Part shown: piece by piece, positions 48,952 through 58,731 of the stretch
Layout: each line of letters starts with the position of its first letter
How positions within the stretch are numbered: position 1 is the first letter of the stretch
Source: an uncultured delta proteobacterium
Lineage (GTDB): Bacteria > Desulfobacterota > Binatia > Binatales > Binataceae
NCBI GenBank assembly: GCA_963794325.1
Contig: CAWCDG010000004.1
Span: 704,001-768,000 of the forward strand
Direction of reading: 5' to 3'
DNA length: 64,000 nucleotides
The notes under the pieces: model-generated
The model's database searches: none
What the model was told of the DNA's origin: nothing
Seen by the model: the letters and a program-made list of their open reading frames with translations, nothing else
Translations under genes and position numbers: made by a program

Positions 48952-51057
48952 ATGAACGAGCAAGTTACCCGCCAAATCCTGTGGAACATCCCCGCCCCGT
49001 TCATCGTGATGATGTACGCCCTGCTCGCGCTGCTGATGGTCGGTTGCGCCTATGCGTTTCTCAAGTGGTATCGGCTGGTGACTCTCGGCGTGTCCGAAAA
49101 TCGCCTCGATCGTCCCTTCGAGCGGTTGATGCTCTCGCTGCGCGATTCGTTTGGACAGGGCAACGTGATCCGCGAGACCTGGGGCTGGATGCATTACGCG
49201 TTCTACGTCGCATTCGTCGGATTGTTCATCGGCACCACTATCGTCCTGATCAACAGCGACCTGCGCGACCTCGCCAACCTGTTCGGCTTCGATTTCTACT
49301 TCTACTACGGCGACTTCTATCTGTACTTCAAAGCCGCGATGGACACCTTCTTCCTGCTGCTGATCCTCGGCGTGCTGATGGAAGGTGCGCGGCGTTCTCT
49401 TCGCAAACCGACCGTGTTGAACGACCCGCCCGCCGACAAGATGCGTGACAATCTCGAGAACCGGCTCGGCTATTGGTTCCCGATGTCTATGATGGTGCTG
49501 GCTGCGGTCACCGGCCTGATGCTCGAGGGCGCGCGTATCAACGCCGCGCATCCCGCCTTCCACGAATGGGCATACGTGGGACGCGTCGTGGGGCGAATCG
49601 AGGGCGCGCTCGGAGCGGGCGTCACTTACCATCGATGGCTGTGGCTGGTGCACGTGCTGCTCGTGTTCACCCTGCTGTTTTGTTTTCCCTTCACCAAGCT
49701 GCGTCATCTGATCTTCGGACCGCTGAATCTTTTCTTCCGCAACATGGGTCCGCGCGGACGGCTCGCGCCGATCAAGGATTTCGAAAACGCGGAAACCTTC
49801 GGCGTCTCGCAGGTCGAGCAGTACACCTGGAAGCAACTGCTCGACATGAGCTCGTGCCTCGAATGCGGCCGATGCACCATCAACTGCCCCACCGTCAGCA
49901 CCGGCAAAGTGTTGAATCCGAAATATCTTGTGATCGAACAGCGCGAGCATCTGCTCGACAAAGCCCCGTTTCTGCTCGCCGCGAAGGCCAACGGCAAAGC
50001 CGCTGAGGGTGCGGAAGCGCCCGCATGGAACGGCCCCGACATGATCACGCAGGTCGCGACCGAAGAAGCGGTATGGGGATGCACGACCTGCGGATGGTGC
50101 GAAGAGGGCTGCCCGGTCGGCATCGAGCACATCCAGCGAATCGTGGACATGCGCCGCTACGACGTGCTGATGGAATCGCGATTCCCGACCGAGTTGACCG
50201 GCGCATTCAAGGGAATCGAGAACCAGGGGAATCCATGGGGGCTCGCGCAGGAGAAGCGCGCCGAATGGGCCAAGGGTCTCGACATTCCCGAGATCGCCGA
50301 GCTCGAACAGCCGGCGGACATCGACGTGCTGTACTGGGTCGGATGCGCCGGTTCGTACGACGAGCGTAATCAGCGCGTCAGCAAGTCGTTCTCAGGCCTG
50401 ATGAAACAGGCGGGCGTCAAGTTTGCGATTCTCGGCCGCGAGGAAACCTGCACCGGCGACCCTGCACGCCGGCTCGGCAACGAATACCTGTACGCGACGG
50501 TCGCAGCGCAGAACGTCGAGACGCTCAATCGCTACAAGCCGCGGCGAATCGTCACTCAATGCCCGCACTGCTTTCACAATCTGAAGAACGAGTACCCCGA
50601 CTTTGGCGGCAACTACACGGTCCTGCACGAAGCCGAATTTATCGACGAGCTAATCCAGGCCGGGCGCCTGAAGCCGCGCGGCAAGATCGACGAGCGCATC
50701 ACCTACCACGACCCGTGCTACATGGCGCGGCACAATCGCAAATGGGACAGCGCTCGCAGCGCGCTCGGCGCGATTCCCGGCGCCGAGGTGGTGGAGGTCG
50801 AGCAGTCGAAGAATCGCACATTCTGCTGCGGCGCCGGCGGCGGATGCTTCTGGAAAGAGGAGCACGAAGGTACCCGCATCAATCAGAAACGCTTCGATCA
50901 ACTTCAGGAAGCCAAGCCGAAATGCGTTGCCGTCGGATGCCCCTTCTGCATGACGATGCTCGAAGACGCGGTGAAATCCCGCTCGCTCGAAGAAACAGTG
51001 CGCGTCCGCGACCTCGCAGAACTAGTCGCCGAATCCACCGGCGTCCCCACCAAGTGA
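48952..51057 (+). CDS. Membrane Fe-S oxidoreductase, FadF/heterodisulfide reductase-like
   Basis: N-terminal TMs, two CxxCxxCxxxCP motifs, two CCG-type domains (YHDPC, CCGAGG, CPFC). Confidence 0.9.
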   Translation: MNEQVTRQILWNIPAPFIVMMYALLALLMVGCAYAFLKWYRLVTLGVSENRLDRPFERLMLSLRDSFGQGNVIRETWGWMHYAFYVAFVGLFIGTTIVLINSDLRDLANLFGFDFYFYYGDFYLYFKAAMDTFFLLLILGVLMEGARRSLRKPTVLNDPPADKMRDNLENRLGYWFPMSMMVLAAVTGLMLEGARINAAHPAFHEWAYVGRVVGRIEGALGAGVTYHRWLWLVHVLLVFTLLFCFPFTKLRHLIFGPLNLFFRNMGPRGRLAPIKDFENAETFGVSQVEQYTWKQLLDMSSCLECGRCTINCPTVSTGKVLNPKYLVIEQREHLLDKAPFLLAAKANGKAAEGAEAPAWNGPDMITQVATEEAVWGCTTCGWCEEGCPVGIEHIQRIVDMRRYDVLMESRFPTELTGAFKGIENQGNPWGLAQEKRAEWAKGLDIPEIAELEQPADIDVLYWVGCAGSYDERNQRVSKSFSGLMKQAGVKFAILGREETCTGDPARRLGNEYLYATVAAQNVETLNRYKPRRIVTQCPHCFHNLKNEYPDFGGNYTVLHEAEFIDELIQAGRLKPRGKIDERITYHDPCYMARHNRKWDSARSALGAIPGAEVVEVEQSKNRTFCCGAGGGCFWKEEHEGTRINQKRFDQLQEAKPKCVAVGCPFCMTMLEDAVKSRSLEETVRVRDLAELVAESTGVPTK

Positions 51058-51078
51058 TCGCGTCGTGAGCTCCCCCGC

Positions 51079-51268
51079 TCCGGTTCCCCTTCCCGCTCGG
51101 GAAGGGGTTAGGGGTTAGGTTGCACGAAGCGTGAGCACTCTTTTCATCCTGACGAAGCTTCGCGTCGCAGTCTGTCATCCTGACGAAGCGAGCAACGCGA
51201 GCGGCAGGAAATGGCTTCTGGCCTCCGGACAACTTCGTTCCACACGCGAAGCCGGTTCCGATCTCCGA
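51079..51268 (-). repeat. Module B palindrome plus an intact module C
   Basis: 51079-51121 is the rc of module B; 51173-51268 is the rc of 2616-2689 joined to 2820-2838. Confidence 0.85.
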
Positions 51269-51303
51269 GTCGCCCGCCTTGCGGGCCACCACCGAAAAGG
51301 CGC

Positions 51304-52266
51304 CTACTTCTTCATATCGGAAAGAAAATCCAGAATCGCCGCGTTCACCTCTCCCGGCTTTTCCTGCTGCGTCCAATGACCCGAACCCTTGACCAGCACG
51401 GTCTTGCGCAGATTCGGCACCCACGTCGTCATCCCCTCGGCCATCTCGGGCCGCAGCACAACATCGCGCTCGGCGGTAATCATCAGCGCAGGTTGCTCAA
51501 CGCGATCGACCTGCCCTTCGCTCTCCTCCCAGTTCCGATCGATGCATCGATACCAGTTCAGACCGCCGCGAAACCCGCTCTTCTTGAACGCGTTTACGAA
51601 GACTTCGAAATCCGCCTCGGTGAGAAACTTCCCGTGCGGGCGATCCGAGAATCGATCGAGCAGTCCGCCGCCCGCAGGCCCGAACACGCCCGGCGCCGAC
51701 TTCCGAATCTCGTCCGGATTCGCTTCCGGCGGATCCTGGTAGAAGCCGCGCAGCGAACGGGCAACGTCGCGTTCGAGTTCCGCCTCCGCTACGCCCGGCG
51801 TTTGAAAATAGAGAATGTAGTGAAAGCCACCCGCCGCCATCGCCCGCATCGCATCGGTCGGCTTCATCGGCGCGCGCGGTATGAACGGCGTGTTGATGCC
51901 AATGACGCGCTCGACGCGGTCACGCGCCATGAGCGCAGTGTTCCACGCGACCATGCCGCCCCAATCGTGACCGACGATCACGCATCGCCCGATGTTCAGC
52001 GCGTCGAGCATGCCGACGATATCGCCAACCAGCTTGCGCTGCGTGTATGCCTCGATCGGCGCGGGCGCTTCGCTCTCGGCATAGCCGCGCTGGTCCGGTG
52101 CGATCGCGCGAAAGCCCGCCTCCGCCAGCGCCTTCATCTGATGCCGCCACGAATACCACATCTCGGGAAAGCCATGGCAAAACACCACCGGGAACCCGTC
52201 GCCGGTTTCCGCGACGTGCATCCTGATGCCGTTGGTCCGGACGAAGCTGTGCTTGATTTCACTCAT
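51304..52266 (-). CDS. Epoxide hydrolase (alpha/beta hydrolase)
   Basis: HGFPE, GHDWG, HY/WYR tyrosines, GHWTQQE. Confidence 0.9.
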   Translation of the reverse strand: MSEIKHSFVRTNGIRMHVAETGDGFPVVFCHGFPEMWYSWRHQMKALAEAGFRAIAPDQRGYAESEAPAPIEAYTQRKLVGDIVGMLDALNIGRCVIVGHDWGGMVAWNTALMARDRVERVIGINTPFIPRAPMKPTDAMRAMAAGGFHYILYFQTPGVAEAELERDVARSLRGFYQDPPEANPDEIRKSAPGVFGPAGGGLLDRFSDRPHGKFLTEADFEVFVNAFKKSGFRGGLNWYRCIDRNWEESEGQVDRVEQPALMITAERDVVLRPEMAEGMTTWVPNLRKTVLVKGSGHWTQQEKPGEVNAAILDFLSDMKK

Positions 52267-52828
52267 CGCGTGCACCTCGGAAAATATTGCGGCGAGCAAC
52301 ACCCGATGGGCCGTTCCGGCCGTCCGATATTGCGGGTGACCTCGACGCGAAACTCTGGGCCAATCCCTGGAATTCCTCGCGAAGAACCTTGGCCGACTTG
52401 AACGCGCCAGCCAGATACGAGAGTTGGTCTTGAAGCTCGACCGCCGGTCCGAGTGCGTCGGCGAGTTCGCTCAAATGTTCGGCGAACGACGCGCAAAGCC
52501 GTTTGAGTGTCTGGTCGAGAGCCTCCAGCGGAGCAAACCGATTCGGGACCGGACGAAGGCGATCCTGGAAGTTGTGCATTGACTCGAGCACTCTGGCCAG
52601 GTCGCTGACCTGCGTCGCGAACTTGCGTAACTCGTCAAACACGTTTACCAGCTCGCCGAGCCGCTGAATCGTTTCGCGAAAAGACGCGATACGAGCGAGC
52701 TGCGCCTGCAAAGGCTCAACCTGGTCAAAAACTGCCGATACCGTCAGTCGGGCCTGAAACGCGTTGGAATCTTCGCGCTCGTTGGAAGGCAGCCCGTACA
52801 GGTCGGCTTTGATATCAAACAGTATCAT
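52259..52828 (-). CDS. Unknown amphipathic helical-repeat protein, paralog 3
   Basis: Aligns with 52911-53372 and 53621-54088 (VSAVFDQV.PL..QLA.IA). Confidence 0.7.
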   Translation of the reverse strand: MILFDIKADLYGLPSNEREDSNAFQARLTVSAVFDQVEPLQAQLARIASFRETIQRLGELVNVFDELRKFATQVSDLARVLESMHNFQDRLRPVPNRFAPLEALDQTLKRLCASFAEHLSELADALGPAVELQDQLSYLAGAFKSAKVLREEFQGLAQSFASRSPAISDGRNGPSGVARRNIFRGARDE

Positions 52829-52910
52829 CGTGCTTTTCCTGGTGCTCTTCCCACAATCGCAGACTCGCGCGGCACTTCGCGCCAGGAAAGATGGGCGGAC
52901 CGGCGTTCAC

Positions 52911-53372
52911 TTAATTGGGCAGGTCCGCCGGGTTTCGCTCGAAAGTTCGAGCCAGCGCAGAGAATTCCTGGCGAAGAGCCTTGGCCGGCTCAAATGCAGT
53001 ACACAGGTGCGCGAGTCGATCCTGAAGAGCTGCGGCGGGCTCGAGAGCCGTGGCGAGTTGGCACAGACTTTCGCGGAACGACACGCAGAGCTGGCTGAGT
53101 TCCTGGTCGAGCGTTTCCAACGGTGAGAATTGCTTCAACACCTGCTGAAGTTGGTGCTGGAAGTTGTGCATCGGCTCGAGCACTTTAGCCAGGTCCCTGA
53201 TCTGTCCCTCGAACTCGCGCAGAGGTTCGAACACGCTTGCAAGCTCAGAGAGCTGCTGTATCGGTTCGAGGATAACCGCGATCTGCGCCAACTGCTCCTG
53301 GAGCGGTCTGATCTGATCGAAGACCGCCGATACCGCCAGACCGGGCTCAAATGAAGTTCGCTGAGTTGCCAT
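52911..53372 (-). CDS. Unknown amphipathic helical-repeat protein, paralog 2
   Basis: Recurrent (F/L)EP(L/M/A) motifs. Confidence 0.8.
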   Translation of the reverse strand: MATQRTSFEPGLAVSAVFDQIRPLQEQLAQIAVILEPIQQLSELASVFEPLREFEGQIRDLAKVLEPMHNFQHQLQQVLKQFSPLETLDQELSQLCVSFRESLCQLATALEPAAALQDRLAHLCTAFEPAKALRQEFSALARTFERNPADLPN

Positions 53373-53620
53373 CTTAATTCATCCCTAGGCTTTTTAGCTT
53401 TTTAGTGGCGAATCGTTGCAGAAGTATAAAAATGCGTCAGATAGACGACTTTAGCTCTTGTTTGACGATCTTGGCAGCATCGTACAATCCATACATCTCT
53501 CGCAAGCCGCAGCATCGCGACAATCCACAGGGGCCCAGTTGCCATTACAGTGGCCTGACGGCAAGGTACAAGCGACTCGACGGTCAATGAAAGTGGCTGT
53601 TGTTGGGAGGATAGACACAA

Positions 53621-54088
53621 ATGGCAGACAAGCAGATTTCGTTTCACCCCGCGCTCGCGGTAGAGGCGGTGTTTGAGCAGGTAAAGCCGCTTGAAGATCA
53701 GCTCGCTCAGATAGCGTCGATTCTGGGACCTATAGGGCAGCTTTCGGAGCTTGGGAGTGTGTTTGAACCGCTGCGCCTGTTTGGTACGCAAGTCAAGGAA
53801 TTAGCCAAACTGCTCGAACCGATGCGCAGTTTCCAGGACCAGCTCCGACAGGTTCTGAATCAATTCGGCCCCCTGCAAGCTCTGGATCAGGAACTCGATC
53901 AACTTTCTGAAGGGTTCTGCCAAAGCCTAAGCCAGCTTGCCGCTGCGCTCGAACCGGCGGTGACGCTTCAGGACAGACTCGCGCATCTGGCTAACGCGTT
54001 TGAACCGGCGAAGACCCTTCGCGAGGACTTCTCGGCGCTGGCGCAGGGTTTCGAGCGAAGCTCACAAGGTTTATCGGAGCAAGCTTGA
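53621..54088 (+). CDS. Unknown amphipathic helical-repeat protein, paralog 1
   Basis: RBS GGAGG; colinear with paralog 2 over about 140 aa. Confidence 0.8.
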   Translation: MADKQISFHPALAVEAVFEQVKPLEDQLAQIASILGPIGQLSELGSVFEPLRLFGTQVKELAKLLEPMRSFQDQLRQVLNQFGPLQALDQELDQLSEGFCQSLSQLAAALEPAVTLQDRLAHLANAFEPAKTLREDFSALAQGFERSSQGLSEQA

Positions 54089-54131
54089 AATATAGAGAAG
54101 ACTCGCAACCGCGGGATCAGAGCGCAGGGTA

Positions 54132-55649
54132 ATGGACAAACCGAAAGTGACCGAAGCGGCTGTCGGCGCCGAACAAGTGGTGCGCGATCTGGTCGACGCC
54201 TTGAAGTCGCTCCAAAAAAAACAGGCGCCGCTCAGTTCGTCGCCGCCTGGCGAACAAGAGCAACAAAAACAAAAACCGACCGAATCGCGCGACGGCCGTT
54301 CGAAGGCAACCACGCTTCTTGAGACTTTGCCGGGCGTTCCAGATGTCGACGAGCCAGAGCCAGAACAAATCCCGGAACTCGAAACCGCCGAGAATTCACA
54401 GACCCCAGGCTTCGAAGTTCAATCTGGCGATTACGGAATCGTTCAAGGATTCTGCCGCAACCACGGAGTCGTCGAGCGCTTCCGGGTGACTCCTGAGGAA
54501 CTAAAGGCGTTGTCCAACGCATCTCTGCTCGGACCTCTGATTTGCGAGCAAGATGTTAAGTTCATGCTGCGCCAAATTCGCGAGGCGAGTAAGCCCGCGG
54601 AACCGCAGGCCACCATTGCGCCCGAGCAAATCAGGGTCCCATTTCTCCTGGACGCCGCCTCCTCGCTCGAGCGCGTGGAGAACGGCTCGTCTGGCCCCTC
54701 GGGAAACAACAGCGAGGAACGCGAAGTAAACGATCGCGCGACCGAGGAGGAAAAAGACAAGAGCCAGGGGTTGGGCGCCGCGCTCAACGGTCTGGCCAGC
54801 CAGGTCGCCTCTCAACCCGCGCCGCGTAACAGGCGCAAGCGTCGAACCAGAACCGGCACAAAGGTGGCCATCGGCATTTCTGTCGCCAGTCTGTTGCTGT
54901 GGGTCCTGACTCTTGGGGTCTTGTATAAGTTAGTCGACGCTTATCGAAGGCACGTAACCACTATAGCTGCGCTCAACACGATCATTGGCAAGCAGCGCGA
55001 AATTAGCCAACAAGCCATTTCGGAAGTGCAGGCGCAGGCGGCCGCCGCCAAACAAGCCTCCCAAGCGGCCGAATCCCAGGCGGATAGCATCAAAACCCAA
55101 GCGGACGGCAGCAAGACCGATGCGGACGCTGCCAAGACTCAGGCAGACTCTGCTGCGCTCTCCGCGCGCAGTGCACGCGATATGGTGGTGATCGCCGAAG
55201 CTGCCCACGTCAATGTGGATGCAATCTACTGTTCTCCTCGCGCTGCATTGAGTCTCGATACGGTATTTACATTGCGTTACCGCAATTCGGGTAGAACTCG
55301 TGCCGACAACCTTGAGTCGTCTTTCTCCGCCGGAATTCCCGACGCTACGCCGACCGAAGAATCAACAGATCCGGCCAGCAAAGTCACTGCTGCTTCGGTA
55401 GGCGCAGGTGCGAGCATACCAGGTGGAACCACAGGAACAGTCAGAGACCTGCTCTCGAAGAGTTTAGGCAGTGTTCCACCCGAACAAACGTTTCAGAAGA
55501 TTGTTGCGGGGCAGCTCAAGTTTGGGATTTGGGGAACTTCTACGTACACTGACGTTCTGAAGGAGAAACATCAAGAGAAATTCGAGTACGTTTGGGATCG
55601 CAACTTTCCGAACGCTTGCCTGTTCACCGTTGCGCACACCGATGAATAG
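54132..55649 (+). CDS. Hypothetical single-pass membrane protein with Ala-rich coiled coil
   Basis: Acidic low-complexity N-terminus, RNRRKRR before one TM, heptad xxxQADx repeats, beta-rich C-terminal domain. Confidence 0.7.
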   Translation: MDKPKVTEAAVGAEQVVRDLVDALKSLQKKQAPLSSSPPGEQEQQKQKPTESRDGRSKATTLLETLPGVPDVDEPEPEQIPELETAENSQTPGFEVQSGDYGIVQGFCRNHGVVERFRVTPEELKALSNASLLGPLICEQDVKFMLRQIREASKPAEPQATIAPEQIRVPFLLDAASSLERVENGSSGPSGNNSEEREVNDRATEEEKDKSQGLGAALNGLASQVASQPAPRNRRKRRTRTGTKVAIGISVASLLLWVLTLGVLYKLVDAYRRHVTTIAALNTIIGKQREISQQAISEVQAQAAAAKQASQAAESQADSIKTQADGSKTDADAAKTQADSAALSARSARDMVVIAEAAHVNVDAIYCSPRAALSLDTVFTLRYRNSGRTRADNLESSFSAGIPDATPTEESTDPASKVTAASVGAGASIPGGTTGTVRDLLSKSLGSVPPEQTFQKIVAGQLKFGIWGTSTYTDVLKEKHQEKFEYVWDRNFPNACLFTVAHTDE

Positions 55650-55884
55650 AGTCCCGCGATTGCGTCTACAGGGTTTGGCGAGGCGAACGCGCGTTTCGAC
55701 AGGCACGTGACGTAGCGCTTGGCGAGTCCCTCTCGGCGAGCGATCTCGTATCGAAGCCAGCGCGCGTGGGCGCTAATAAACCGCAATTGACACATCCGCG
55801 GACGCGGCTTTATGCTCTCGGTTGCAACCGACTGAACGCTAGTTTGATAGTAGCAACAGTCCAAGCAATCTGGAGGAACACCCG

Positions 55885-56532
55885 ATGAGCCGCGATTTTG
55901 AATTCAAACAACTGCTGCGCGCCTACCGCAGCGGAATTATTTCTCAGGCAACGTTCGAGTCCGAGATGGCATGGCTCGGAGCCGGAGCGCCGGCCACCAA
56001 CGGCAACGGCGGCGGCGGTTTCAAGGCCTTCGGCCGCACTTACAAATCCGAACACGCCGCGGTCGTCAGTTTTCTCGACAAAGTTCGCGCCGGCGAGGCC
56101 AACGGCGGGGAAGCATTCGCGGCATGGGCGGAGGTCTGCACGACAGATTGCATCCGCACGGGCATCCGCATGGTTGCCGAGCGCGAGGCCTATCATTCGC
56201 GGGTATTCGCGCAGCGCCTGGCGGAACTCGGCGGTGAGACTCGCGCGCCCATCACCGAGGACGGACGCAAGTACACTGCTTATCTTGGCGACCCGTCGAT
56301 TCCCGACAACGAGAAACTGCTCAGCTTCACCAAGCGCGTCGGCAAGCCCGAGGACGCCATCAAACCCATCTGCGAATTCGCCGAACTGCTGAAAGAAGAT
56401 CTCTCGACCAGGGAAGCGCTGCGGCTGTTCGCCGAAGACGAACTGTCGACCGCGAAATGGCTGTGGGATTCGTGCGCCGCACTCAACGCGCCCAAGCAGC
56501 AGGCGTCGGCGTCGGACTCAGCATCGATGTAG
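55885..56532 (+). CDS. Ferritin-like domain protein with a SHOCT-like N-terminus
   Basis: LRAYRSGIISQATFE, Gly-rich linker, AGEANG, EREAYH, EDE; RBS GGAGG. Confidence 0.7.
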   Translation: MSRDFEFKQLLRAYRSGIISQATFESEMAWLGAGAPATNGNGGGGFKAFGRTYKSEHAAVVSFLDKVRAGEANGGEAFAAWAEVCTTDCIRTGIRMVAEREAYHSRVFAQRLAELGGETRAPITEDGRKYTAYLGDPSIPDNEKLLSFTKRVGKPEDAIKPICEFAELLKEDLSTREALRLFAEDELSTAKWLWDSCAALNAPKQQASASDSASM

Positions 56533-56555
56533 TTTTCGCTTCGGACTAAACTGAG

Positions 56556-56588
56556 AGCGGGGCCCAGACGGACCCCGCTTTTCTTTTT
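56556..56588 (+). terminator. Intrinsic terminator
   Basis: AGCGGGGCCC-AGAC-GGACCCCGCT hairpin (one mismatch) followed by TTTCTTTTT. Confidence 0.75.
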
Positions 56589-56641
56589 GTCTTCAACTCA
56601 CTCGCGATCGCTGAATACGCGCGTGAGTCAGCGCGAGCGGC

Positions 56642-57484
56642 TCAATGCGTGGCCGGCGACGGCGCGCTCGCGGGCGCTGCTTCGGGCGGCGACATCTTCA
56701 TCGCACCCGGCGACATCTTCATCGCACCCGGCGACATCTTCATTGAGCCCGGTCCCGGCAAATCCCTCTTGGTGAAATCCGCGGGAACCGTGAAATCGGC
56801 GTCCGCCAGTTTCTTCGCTTCGATTTTCTCGACCACCGTGGTGGTCATGACCGGCGGGCGTTTCGCCATCATCTCATTGATTTTCGCCGCCTGGTCCGGC
56901 GACATCCCCGGGATAGTCACATTCCCCATCTTCATAGACGAGTCCAGCGCGAGTGGTACTCCGCCCGGTACCTCTCCGGTGGCCCCAGCGGTGCCCGCGC
57001 TCTTGAGCTTCTCCGCCATATTCTTTTCGAACGCCGCAAACTCCGCCGCACCGGGTGCCGTGGTCGAGAAACATTCCTTGACCGTGTAGTCACCCGCCAT
57101 CATGTGCCCGCCGCCGGTGTAGTCGGCGCACTTGAAGCCGGCGATCTCGCGCGAACTGCCCGCCTTCTTGAAGTTCATCGCCGCGTTCGTGCTCGCCGCC
57201 ATCATCGTGGCCATCTGCCCCTGCGGCGGAAACGCAATCTCGAAGTAGGTCTTCGCCTTCGGATCGAGCACGTACATTTTCCCGGCGTCCAGATCGGTTA
57301 TGATCGTGTGACGCTCGGTCACCATCTTCTGCTTGTTGCCCTGCACCGAAATCGTTTGTTCGGAGTCGCGAGTGTTCGTTCCACTGGTCACGTGCTGCTT
57401 TTGCTGTATGACGACCCCGGCGGCCGCGGGAATCGCGGCCATTGCGAGCGTCATCCCCGCAACCAGGGCGGTTAATTTCCTCAT
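56642..57484 (-). CDS. Secreted DUF4412-like protein
   Basis: Signal peptide, IITDLD..KMYVLDP..KTY, EIAGFKC, GVPL. Confidence 0.75.
   Translation of the reverse strand: MRKLTALVAGMTLAMAAIPAAAGVVIQQKQHVTSGTNTRDSEQTISVQGNKQKMVTERHTIITDLDAGKMYVLDPKAKTYFEIAFPPQGQMATMMAASTNAAMNFKKAGSSREIAGFKCADYTGGGHMMAGDYTVKECFSTTAPGAAEFAAFEKNMAEKLKSAGTAGATGEVPGGVPLALDSSMKMGNVTIPGMSPDQAAKINEMMAKRPPVMTTTVVEKIEAKKLADADFTVPADFTKRDLPGPGSMKMSPGAMKMSPGAMKMSPPEAAPASAPSPATH
56688..56743. repeat. 21-bp coding tandem repeat (about 2.7 copies; MKMSPGA)
   Basis: GGCGACATCTTCATCGCACCC x2 plus a partial copy. Confidence 0.9.
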
Positions 57485-58533
57485 AGCGATTGCTCTCCTT
57501 GTGCTCGTTGCATTTTCACCACAGTGTCGCGCCCGTTTGGCGAGGCGCCCTTAATATCTATGCGCTGCCGCGCGCCCATCCGATGTATCATCAGGGCCAG
57601 CAGCCCGAACAACACCCATACCATTTCCTTGATGCGCCGCAGAAACCCTACCGCAAAGCCAATCCCCGGCGGATAACCCAGCATCCCCAGGATGAGCGCC
57701 TTGCCGCCCTCCTGACTCACCAGCTTGCCCGGGATCAGAAAGGTCGCGCGTTCAATCAGCAGCCCGACCGACTCGACCAGCAGCGCGGTCTGAAACGTCG
57801 CCGACTGATGCAGCAAGCGCAGCAGGATATAGATTTCGAGCGGCCCGAGACTCCACGCGACCGCGTAGCAAAGGCACGACGCCACGAATCGGCCGCGATT
57901 GCGCGCATAGAAATCCAGCAGGACAGCGTCGGCCTCGTCGGCGGAATCGCGGATTTCGTCGGTGTTGATTCGCGCAATATCGAGCTTGGTCGCGGCACGC
58001 CACAGATGCGAGAACGGCCGCTTCATTTGTACGAAAAAGAATCCGCCTGCCAGCGCGACCGCCAGCGCGAACCCGCCAACGATCGCCCAGTACAGGTTCG
58101 CCGCTACCGGGATCATGCGCAGCGAAATCACCAGCGCGATCGACATGAACACGATTTGCCCGACTGCTTCCGCCAGCGACGCGACCACCACCGTCGCGAG
58201 CCCTACCGGCATCCGCAGTTTCTCGCGCACCTCCACCGCCATCACGAACTGCCCGCCCAGCTGCGCCGACGGCGTTACATAGTCGATCGCCTCGCCGCCA
58301 ATTCGCGCGCCGAACAGCTCGACGAATCTGAGCCTTGGCGGATATTCCTCAATCGTGACCCGCCAACCGAGCGTATTCGCGATTCGCGCGAGCGCCTCGA
58401 GCGAGATCGTCAGCGCCAGTCCCCATCCCGCCATCCGCACGTAGCCAATCACTTCCCGCGGCCCGTAATGGGTCAGGAACCAGGCGTAAAACCCAATTGC
58501 TATAACGATGAAAATTGTCTCGACGCGGCGCAT
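57481..58533 (-). CDS. Lysylphosphatidylglycerol synthase TM / flippase-like (UPF0104) protein
   Basis: TPSAQLGG, IPG.L..QEGG, RRIKE; multiple TMs. Confidence 0.8.
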   Translation of the reverse strand: MRRVETIFIVIAIGFYAWFLTHYGPREVIGYVRMAGWGLALTISLEALARIANTLGWRVTIEEYPPRLRFVELFGARIGGEAIDYVTPSAQLGGQFVMAVEVREKLRMPVGLATVVVASLAEAVGQIVFMSIALVISLRMIPVAANLYWAIVGGFALAVALAGGFFFVQMKRPFSHLWRAATKLDIARINTDEIRDSADEADAVLLDFYARNRGRFVASCLCYAVAWSLGPLEIYILLRLLHQSATFQTALLVESVGLLIERATFLIPGKLVSQEGGKALILGMLGYPPGIGFAVGFLRRIKEMVWVLFGLLALMIHRMGARQRIDIKGASPNGRDTVVKMQRAQGEQSL

Positions 58534-58659
58534 CGGCAGGTGTAGGCCGCCTCGATGGACGGGCGGCAACCGATGCATTCTTTCAGCAGCGCCCTACCTG
58601 CGCAACCTGCAAATGCATTAGTTATTCGCCGGGTAATGCCCTGGTTTGAATTGCTTTGT

Positions 58660-58731
58660 GCGCCCGCGATGGCCGCTAACGTGAGAGATCGGATATGGTC
58701 GGTAGAAGAATTGATTGAGGCGGTCCAATGA
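58660..58731 (+). pseudogene. C-terminal remnant of an IS1-family transposase
   Basis: Translates APAMAANVRDRIWSVEELIEAVQ*, like the TPAMAAG...W...EL tail of IS1-family transposases. Confidence 0.7.

Noticed and set aside
53462-53488. TTGACG...TACAAT promoter
   Set aside because: The spacer is only 15 bp, too weak to call
52259-54088. Paralogs as PspA/ESCRT-III or gas vesicle GvpC proteins
   Set aside because: Regular prolines break long coiled coils, no recognisable PspA or Gvp motifs, and no gvpA nearby
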